Shown: piece after piece, positions 25,311 through 31,992 of the stretch | Layout of the letters: each line of letters starts with the position of its first letter | Position numbering within the stretch: position 1 is the first letter of the stretch | DNA from: a bacterium | GTDB lineage: Bacteria > Zhuqueibacterota > Zhuqueibacteria > Zhuqueibacterales > Zhuqueibacteraceae | Assembly (NCBI GenBank): GCA_044869275.1 | Contig: JBIOXB010000053.1 | Span: 1 to 31,992, forward strand | DNA length: 31,992 nt | Reading direction: 5' to 3' | Made by a program: the position numbers and the translations under genes | Notes under the pieces: model-generated | What the model saw: only the letters and a program-made list of their open reading frames with translations | What the model was told of the DNA's origin: nothing | Databases searched by the model: none

Positions 25311-28300
25311 ATGCGAAAGAAAGGTTTGAGCTTGCGCATCCTTCTGGCGGCGGGCGTGGCCCTGATCATGGCCATGGGTTCCTTGGCCTTGGCCAAGGAA
25401 AGGCCTGCCGGCGAGAAGCAAGATCGCCAGCAGTCATTGAGCAAGATTACGGGTGATCCCCGTTGGCAAATTCTCAATATTAATAACTTCACCACCTGGG
25501 CGCGAAATGACGGCCAGTCGAATCATACTCCCCGTGGGATCGACGGCGGCTTGTTTCCGCGCGGCACGCGAACGCTCATTTATCAAGATGGTTTGATGTG
25601 GGGCGGCAAATGCTACGTCGATGCCGCACTCACCATCCCTGCACCCAATAGCCAATTGATTCGCGTCGGCGGCGCCAACTACGTCGTCGGCAGCCGCGAA
25701 GGCTGGATCATCGGTTCTGGTGCGGCTGCGGTTGCGGCCAATCCGGGCGATGCGCGCGCGCGCGCTTTCCGTATCCGCCGCGACTATTTCTTCATGTCGG
25801 ACGGAGAAGTGCAGCGCGACGCCGCCGAGTCCAATGAAATTGCGGAAGCCTCGGTCAGCTCCGCGCAAATGCAAACCATCCGCTCCAACTACGACGCCGA
25901 CTGGAAAGATTGGCCGGTCGATCTGGGCGCGCCCTATATCGAGCGCAATGGCACGCCAGGTTATCAGCCGCCGCCGGCCTTTAGCGATGCTTTCACACCC
26001 GACCATCTCATCTCCGGCACTTACGACGAGCCGGGCCTGGCGGGCGCCGATCCCAATTCGCCGGCAGATCAGGTGATTTGGCTGGTTTATAACGATCTCG
26101 ACCCCAATCAGACGCTGGGCTTGGAAGGTTCCGAACCCATGGGTTTGGAGGTACAAGTAACGCTGTGGGGTTACAAACGCACCGACGCCCTCGGCAATAT
26201 TTACTTCAAGCGCTATAAATTCACCAACAAAGGCGGAGTCTCCGTGGACGCCGCCGGGACCAAAGGCGCTTTCTATATCAACGAAATGTACGCCTGCCAA
26301 TGGTCTGACCCGGATATGGGCAATGCCGGCGACGACATTCTTGGCAACGATTCGACCTTGAGCGTTGGCTTCATTTATAATGCCAATGGTATCGACTCGG
26401 AATACAACAAATTCCGTCTGCCGCCGCCTTGTGCGGGTTACGATTTTCTGCAAGGCCCGATTGTAGCATCTCCGGGGGACAGTGGGGTGTTCAATCTCGA
26501 GAGGGTTTATGACAAGAAGAACCTTGGCATGACCTCCTTCACCTACTTTTCCGCCGGCTCGCCGTTTTCGGATCCCACCGGCGGTTATAGCACGAGCACT
26601 TTGCGCTGGTATAAGCTGATGCGCGGCTTTGCGCCGACGGATGGCGATGACCAGTATTATCCCGTGCCCCCAGGCTATGACTTTACCAAGTACCCACTAT
26701 CCGGAGACCCGGTCAAACAAACCGGCTTTTTGGATGGCCAGGGCACACAATATTCCTTTCCTCCCGGCGACCGCCGCCTGCTCTGCAACACCGGCCCGTT
26801 CAGCCTGAATCCCGGCGAGACGCAGGAAGTGGTGGTGGCCACGGTGGGCGGCTTGGGCGCCGATCGCTTGTCCAGCGTTGCGGTCATGAAATTCAATGAC
26901 CAGTTCGCGCAAAATACTTATAACGCCCTGTTTCAAGTGGCAAAACCGCCTTCGGCTCCCGCCATCACGGTCAATAACATGGACCGCGAAGCGGTGATCG
27001 AATGGGGCAGCAATCTTTCCCGCGTGGCCGACACCGAAAACAAAATCAACAATCCCGGCGGCTACACGTTCGAAGGCTACAATGTTTATCAATTTCCGAC
27101 CCGCAGCGGCGGCTTGGCAGACGCGGTGCGCATTGCGACTTACGATTTGACCACCGACCCCTCCGTGGTTTTGAACACCGTGTTCGACATTGAATCCGGC
27201 CAAATCCTGTCTATCCCGGTGCAGTTCGGCACCAACAGCGGCGTGCAGCGTTTGTTCAGCTTCACCCGCGATTACGTGCGCGACATCGACGCGCTGTACA
27301 ATGGCCAGGATTACTTCCTGGGTATTACCTCCTACAGCGTCTCCACGGTGCCGGGTTTCTTGCCCGCGGCTTTGGAATCCGAGGCGCAGGTGATCGTGGT
27401 TACGCCGAAAAAGCCGTTCGGCACGGTGTATGAGGAGAACGGCGCGCCCATCGCATTGGGCGACACTTTGAAGAACGTCTCGCACGTCGGTCCGAGCGAC
27501 GGCGCGGCTTACCCGCTCGTGATCAATTCCTCCACGCTCAACGGCCATGACTACAAAGTCGTGTTCAAAGACGACGGCACGGGCACGGGCGCCACAATTT
27601 GGGACTTGATCGACGTCACGGCCAATAACAAGGTCGTGCTGGCCAATGTCGCAAATCAAAGCGGCGACGAGCAATACGCGTTCACCGACGGCTTTCAATT
27701 GCGCATCGTGGGCGCACCGAATAGCTTCAAGAATTTCTTGGTGACGGCGAATGGTGCTGGGCCGTTAGATCCACCAGAAATTGGATGCTTTGCCTTTAAT
27801 AACAGTGGTTTCCCATTTTACGAAGGTGCGGACAGGCCGTCTGACCGTCAACAAGTTGGAGCGGGATTGTGGGGCATTCACACTGCTGATAACGGCACCC
27901 GTGCGAACTTCCAACCCTTTTTGGACCGTACTTCGAACAACGGTGCCAACTGGGCCAATATCATCCCCTATGATTGGGAAATGCGCTTCACGGCCACGGG
28001 CGGCTATGCTTATGATGCTTTCGTCACTGCTAAAGTTATCCAGGTGCCGTTTGAACTCTGGAGAATCGGCATCGGCACGCCGAACGATCCCAGCGACGAT
28101 GTGCGTTTCGTTCCCTATATGTTGGACGATGATGAAAGCGGCACTTACAATTTGTGCGCCACGCATCCCAATGCAGGGGCCGATGATCACTCCATTTCCG
28201 GCGGCGACAACGATCCCTACACGGACTGGGTTTATTGGGCCACTCCGACTGATGTCACCCCGGGCGATGCTGGCTATAAAGCATGGGAAGCCGCGGCGTT

Positions 28301-28889
28301 GGCAATTCCGGGTGGCGGCGATGACGGCTCCTTCTACAATGTACTGGCGACCGACAACACGCTCCGCCGCACGGTCCTTGTCAACTGGAACGGCGGTAGT
28401 GTCACCGACCCGACCTACCCGGCAAACTTGAATCAAGCTCTACCGGAAACCGGCACCGTGTTTCGCTTGGTCACCACCAAGCCGAATACGCCGAACGACT
28501 CTTTCACGTTTAAGTCCCCGGCACCGACGGTGACGAAAGACTTGCAGGCTGCCAGCTTCAAGTTGATCAATGTTTTTCCGAATCCGTACTATGCTTTCAA
28601 CCCGGCGGAAGAGACCACGCTCAGCCGCTTCGTGACGTTCAACAACTTGCCGCCGACGGCCACGATCCGCATCTTCAACCTGGCTGGCCAGTTGGTGCGC
28701 ACGCTGGAGAAAAACGACGATCCCGTGCAGTTCATGCAATGGAACCTGCAGAATCAAATCGGTTTGCCTGTGGCGAGCGGCATGTACATCGCGTATGTCG
28801 AGGGCGTGCTCTCAGCGACCGGTGAAAAGGTGAGCAAAGTTCTGAAACTGGCCGTGATTCAAGAGCAGGAAATCTTGGATATATTCTAA
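25311..28889 (+). CDS. Large secreted protein with T9SS-type / FlgD-Ig-like C-terminal sorting domain
   Basis: Signal peptide; FEGYNVYQ FN3-like region; C-terminal NVFPNPY...FNNLP..ATIRIFNLAGQLVRTL..WNLQNQ.GLPVASGMYI. Confidence 0.8.
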   Translation: MRKKGLSLRILLAAGVALIMAMGSLALAKERPAGEKQDRQQSLSKITGDPRWQILNINNFTTWARNDGQSNHTPRGIDGGLFPRGTRTLIYQDGLMWGGKCYVDAALTIPAPNSQLIRVGGANYVVGSREGWIIGSGAAAVAANPGDARARAFRIRRDYFFMSDGEVQRDAAESNEIAEASVSSAQMQTIRSNYDADWKDWPVDLGAPYIERNGTPGYQPPPAFSDAFTPDHLISGTYDEPGLAGADPNSPADQVIWLVYNDLDPNQTLGLEGSEPMGLEVQVTLWGYKRTDALGNIYFKRYKFTNKGGVSVDAAGTKGAFYINEMYACQWSDPDMGNAGDDILGNDSTLSVGFIYNANGIDSEYNKFRLPPPCAGYDFLQGPIVASPGDSGVFNLERVYDKKNLGMTSFTYFSAGSPFSDPTGGYSTSTLRWYKLMRGFAPTDGDDQYYPVPPGYDFTKYPLSGDPVKQTGFLDGQGTQYSFPPGDRRLLCNTGPFSLNPGETQEVVVATVGGLGADRLSSVAVMKFNDQFAQNTYNALFQVAKPPSAPAITVNNMDREAVIEWGSNLSRVADTENKINNPGGYTFEGYNVYQFPTRSGGLADAVRIATYDLTTDPSVVLNTVFDIESGQILSIPVQFGTNSGVQRLFSFTRDYVRDIDALYNGQDYFLGITSYSVSTVPGFLPAALESEAQVIVVTPKKPFGTVYEENGAPIALGDTLKNVSHVGPSDGAAYPLVINSSTLNGHDYKVVFKDDGTGTGATIWDLIDVTANNKVVLANVANQSGDEQYAFTDGFQLRIVGAPNSFKNFLVTANGAGPLDPPEIGCFAFNNSGFPFYEGADRPSDRQQVGAGLWGIHTADNGTRANFQPFLDRTSNNGANWANIIPYDWEMRFTATGGYAYDAFVTAKVIQVPFELWRIGIGTPNDPSDDVRFVPYMLDDDESGTYNLCATHPNAGADDHSISGGDNDPYTDWVYWATPTDVTPGDAGYKAWEAAALAIPGGGDDGSFYNVLATDNTLRRTVLVNWNGGSVTDPTYPANLNQALPETGTVFRLVTTKPNTPNDSFTFKSPAPTVTKDLQAASFKLINVFPNPYYAFNPAEETTLSRFVTFNNLPPTATIRIFNLAGQLVRTLEKNDDPVQFMQWNLQNQIGLPVASGMYIAYVEGVLSATGEKVSKVLKLAVIQEQEILDIF

Positions 28890-28915
28890 GCGTCACGCGC
28901 TTTCTTCGAAGGCAC

Positions 28916-28949
28916 AAACCTTCGAGGTCTTCGCAGGCCTGGAAGGTTT
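28916..28949. repeat. REP-like intergenic hairpin
   Basis: AAACCTTCGAGGTCT-tcgc-AGGCCTGGAAGGTTT (13 of 15 Watson-Crick pairs). Confidence 0.6.
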
Positions 28950-28979
28950 AAACAACTTCTTCAAGAAGGAGAAAATGTC

Positions 28980-30038
28980 ATGAAAAACAAAGCTGTCCTG
29001 TTTATGTTGTGCCTCTGCGTGGCGCTGGTCACTGATCGTCTGGCGGCGCAGCAGGGAGTCGAGGTTCAAAACAATCGCATCGGCACGGCCGCGGCGAGTG
29101 AAATCACTATTCCCGTGGGCGCCCGCGATATGGCCATGGGCGGCGCGAGCATTGCCACCAGCAAGGGCATTGACGCCGCGCACTGGAATCCCGCGGGCTT
29201 GGGCCGCATCGGCACCACGGCCGAAGGGCTGTTCACAACCATGTCCTACATCGGCGACATCCGCTTGAATTACGGCGCGATCGGCGTCAATTTTGGCGGC
29301 TTCGGCACCGTGGGTTTTTCCGTGCGCTCGTTCGGCTTCGGCGATATTTCATTGACCACCAATGACGATCCCGAGGGCCTGGCCGGCAGAACCTATTCAC
29401 CGGCTTTTGTGACCGTAGGCATTACTTATGCCCGCGCGTTTACCGACGCCATTACCGCCGGCGGCACGGTGAAATTGATCTCCGAGAAAATGGCTCGCGC
29501 CAGCGGTTCCGGCGTGGCTTTCGATGTCGGTGTGCAATACCACAATCTCGCCAGCGTCAACGGTCTGCACTTGGGCGTGGCCTTGAAAAACATCGGCTCG
29601 GAAATGTCGTTTGGCGGTGAAGGCTTGAACCGCCGCGCCACTTCCAGCGAAGGCTCGCGTCCGGAGCAATACTACGAAATCAAGGCGGCCAGCTTTGAGA
29701 TGCCCACCTCCGTGGAATTGGGCATGACCTATGAGCGCGGCATCAACGAGAACATGCGTTGGAACGTCAACGGCGCTTTTGCCAACAACAACCTCGGCCT
29801 CGACGGATATCGCGGCGGCGCCGAGTTGGTGATGAAAAGCGGCACGTTGCAGCTTGCCGGCCGCGCCGGCATGGAGTATTCACCCACGAAAGCCGACGAT
29901 GACAACATTTTCGGCCCAGCGGTAGGATTTGGCGTGCTCTGGGAAAATGAGTCGGTTGACATCACCCTGGACTATGCCTTCCGCTCCGTGGATTTCTTCA
30001 ACAACAACAACATGTTCACGCTGAAGTTCGGATTCTGA
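28980..30038 (+). CDS. PorV/PorQ-family outer membrane beta-barrel (UPF0164-like)
   Basis: IPVGARDMAMGGA, WNPAGL, AFDVGVQY, GVALKNIG, DYAF, terminal Phe; AAGGAG RBS. Confidence 0.85.
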   Translation: MKNKAVLFMLCLCVALVTDRLAAQQGVEVQNNRIGTAAASEITIPVGARDMAMGGASIATSKGIDAAHWNPAGLGRIGTTAEGLFTTMSYIGDIRLNYGAIGVNFGGFGTVGFSVRSFGFGDISLTTNDDPEGLAGRTYSPAFVTVGITYARAFTDAITAGGTVKLISEKMARASGSGVAFDVGVQYHNLASVNGLHLGVALKNIGSEMSFGGEGLNRRATSSEGSRPEQYYEIKAASFEMPTSVELGMTYERGINENMRWNVNGAFANNNLGLDGYRGGAELVMKSGTLQLAGRAGMEYSPTKADDDNIFGPAVGFGVLWENESVDITLDYAFRSVDFFNNNNMFTLKFGF

Positions 30039-30070
30039 TCTCCGGCTTCTGTTATTGCACTCCCGTTTTG

Positions 30071-30120
30071 GAAAGGCTGCCCCGCAAGAGGCAGCCTTTC
30101 GTGTTCTGGGCAGTTTTTTT
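30071..30120 (+). terminator. Intrinsic terminator candidate after the PorV-family gene
   Basis: GAAAGGCTGCC-ccgcaaga-GGCAGCCTTTC 11-bp stem; T-rich sequence downstream. Confidence 0.7.
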
Positions 30121-30160
30121 GTGAGAAACTTGTTGCGTGAAATGTTGGAATTCTTTTCCT

Positions 30161-30284
30161 TGTCATGCTGAGCGAAGTCGAAGTATTGTCGTCACCCTTC
30201 GACTGCGCTCAGGGTGACCTGTTAATGGTTATGCGGAGCGGAGTCGGATCTTTCTTTGGTCATGCTGAGCGAAGTCGAAGCATG
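30161..30284. repeat. REP-like array, left flank of the GIY-YIG gene
   Basis: GTCATGCTGAGCGAAGTCGAAG (twice, plus one degenerate copy) and GTCACCCTTCGACTGCGCTCAGGGTGAC. Confidence 0.88.
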
Positions 30285-30318
30285 ATTATGCTGGTAAAGA
30301 TAAAGCAAGGGGGAGAAC

Positions 30319-30675
30319 ATGTACGTCTACATACTTAAATGCAAGGACGCCTCTTATTATGTGGGTGTTACTAATGACATTCAAAGAAGACTGAGCGAGC
30401 ACGAGGAAGGCACCGATCCCAAGTGTTATACCTTTAGAAGAAGGCCGGTAGAACTTGTTTTTGGTGAACTCTTCGATGATCCCATGAGAGCAATAGCAGT
30501 GGAGAAACAACTCAAAGGATGGAGTCGCAAAAAGAAAGAAGCTCTCATTGCGAGGAATTGGGATAAATTGAAAGAGTTGGCAAAATGCCGAAATGAGACC
30601 AGCCATGAGAACTATAAAAGGCGAGCCTTCGACTCCGCTCAGGCTGACTCAAGTGACTCCGCTCAAGATTTGTGA
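30319..30675 (+). CDS. Small GIY-YIG nuclease (UPF0213-like)
   Basis: YVYILKC.D.SYYVGVTNDIQRRLSEH, YT..RRPVELVF, EKQLKGWSRKKKEALI. Confidence 0.92.
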   Translation: MYVYILKCKDASYYVGVTNDIQRRLSEHEEGTDPKCYTFRRRPVELVFGELFDDPMRAIAVEKQLKGWSRKKKEALIARNWDKLKELAKCRNETSHENYKRRAFDSAQADSSDSAQDL

Positions 30676-30897
30676 TCATCGTGATTATCTGTTGTTGTAG
30701 TGATTGTCTCCAGCCATGCTGAGCGAAAGCGAAGCACGATAGCGACCCTTCGACTGCGCTTGAGGTGACGCTGAATGTTATGCCGAGCGCAGACGAAGCA
30801 TGGTCGTCACCCTTCGACTGCGCTCAGGGTGACGTGGAATGTCATGCTGAGCGCAGTCGAAGCAGGATCGTCACCCTTCGACTGCACTCAGGGTGAC
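30627..30897. repeat. REP-like array, right flank of the GIY-YIG gene (alternating orientations, about 63-64 nt period)
   Basis: Three pairs of ATGCTGAGCG..(T)CGAAGCA plus GTCACCCTTCGACTGCGCTCAGGGTGAC between 30714 and 30897, and copies inside the 3' end of the gene. Confidence 0.88.
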
Positions 30898-30931
30898 TGA
30901 TCAAATAAAACATATATCATCTGAGACGTTT

Positions 30932-31992
30932 ATGACAGCGAGTGATTTCAAAGCATCTCTCTATTACTTGACTTGCACTTTGTCTTTTTGCATTTTGAAT
31001 TTTGCCTGCCAGCGTGAATCCGTCCCGCGCACGTATTTCCCCGAAACTGGCAAATACGCGCTGCACCAGCGCACTCTCGATTTGGCCAACGATTTCAAGG
31101 TGCTGTCGCTGGCCTTGGAGCCGGGATACGAAGATTTGGAAACACTGGCATATCTGCGGCTGGGCAAGGGGGCGACGGTCACCAGCGCCTATCTCACCAA
31201 CGGCGAGGCCGGCGAGAGCGACGTGCGCGGTGAATACCCGTACGATCTTGCGGCGCGGCGGCGTGAAGAAGCATATGCTGCGCTCAAACATTTGGGCGGC
31301 CAGACGCATTATCTCAATTTGCCCCACCTCCTGGCCGCGCGCGATTCGAACGCCGTACGCGCGCAATGGCCGGCGGACACGGTGCGCGCACGCCTCTCGA
31401 AGTTGCTGCTTTCTTTCAAGCCGGATTTGATTCTGCTCGCACCGGATGGGAGAATGGTCTTGCAGGAACCGGGCTGGCCGTGGCAGTGTTTCATCCGTGA
31501 GGTGCTGGCGACCACAGAAGCAATCGCGGTGTTGCCTTCCTCCAATGGAGGCACCAACGGCACGGAATACTGGCGTGTGGCGCGTGTGGTGGTGGATGAC
31601 GGGCGCAGCGCCGGTGCAAAATTCCCACTGCAGGAACTGCATCCGTTGTGGAAGAAATCCTATCGCGCCCTCGGCGCAGAAGCGGCACAGCATTATGTTT
31701 CGCTCCGGACGCAACGCCGCATGTGGCAAGAGCGGCGCGAGCCCGCTTATCGTGTCCTGGCCTCGGCCTGGAAAACCGGGGATTCGGATCTGCTTGCCGG
31801 TTTACCCTTGCCCGCGACGGCACGCCTGCGCGGCCTGCAACAGCGCGTCGACCAACTGGCGCAAGTGGCTGCGCAAGGCGCGAGCGCGGAGGCGCTGCCG
31901 CTCAGCATGGCTGCGCTCGATTCGGTGGTGCGGCTGCTCACGCCGCATGCGCAAACGCAATTGAATCCTCTGGAAAAGCGGCGTGCGCTTCA
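30932..31992 (+). CDS. PIG-L/LmbE-like deacetylase-fold lipoprotein, runs off the window end
   Basis: Manual translation from ATG 30932: signal ending NFAC, then VLSLALEPGYED, YLTNGEAG, RREEA..A...LG, FKPDLI. No stop seen; absent from the ORF track because it is incomplete. Confidence 0.7.
   Translation, partial: MTASDFKASLYYLTCTLSFCILNFACQRESVPRTYFPETGKYALHQRTLDLANDFKVLSLALEPGYEDLETLAYLRLGKGATVTSAYLTNGEAGESDVRGEYPYDLAARRREEAYAALKHLGGQTHYLNLPHLLAARDSNAVRAQWPADTVRARLSKLLLSFKPDLILLAPDGRMVLQEPGWPWQCFIREVLATTEAIAVLPSSNGGTNGTEYWRVARVVVDDGRSAGAKFPLQELHPLWKKSYRALGAEAAQHYVSLRTQRRMWQERREPAYRVLASAWKTGDSDLLAGLPLPATARLRGLQQRVDQLAQVAAQGASAEALPLSMAALDSVVRLLTPHAQTQLNPLEKRRAL

Noticed and set aside
30161..30897. 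CRISPR array
   Set aside because: Units alternate in orientation with very short linkers, there are no unique 30-40 nt spacers, and no cas genes.
30917..31729. 270-aa minus-strand ORF
   Set aside because: Lies opposite the plus-strand PIG-L-like frame, which has a lipoprotein signal and family motifs.

Overview
GC-rich chromosomal window from a diderm bacterium. The TonB-dependent receptors, T9SS-like C-terminal sorting domain and PorV suggest an FCB-related lineage such as KSB1/Calditrichota/Ignavibacteriota; this is inference. Left part: a RAYT-type Y1 transposase, a GT2, and a lipid/redox gene run (DAK2-DegV fusion, plsY, SirB1-like, zinc-ribbon/TPR, two 2Fe-2S proteins, acyl-CoA ligase). 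Centre: an unexplained four-gene locus (10072-14145) encoding a hypothetical protein, a trypsin-like protease, an HhH protein and a membrane-anchored lytic transglycosylase. The transglycosylase N-terminus is a copy of the neighbouring protease lacking its catalytic core. Next come a minus-strand FGE-like lipoprotein/TBDR/lipoprotein run interrupted by a four-helix-bundle gene between palindromic heptamer arrays, a plus-strand TBDR / CTD protein / PorV cassette, a GIY-YIG gene in a REP-like array, and a partial PIG-L-like gene. Many intergenic gaps hold inverted short-tandem-repeat arrays or REP-like hairpins, some with a small cargo gene, one with a collapsed GxxExxY gene, and several empty. 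All calls come from motif reading only; no searches were run.
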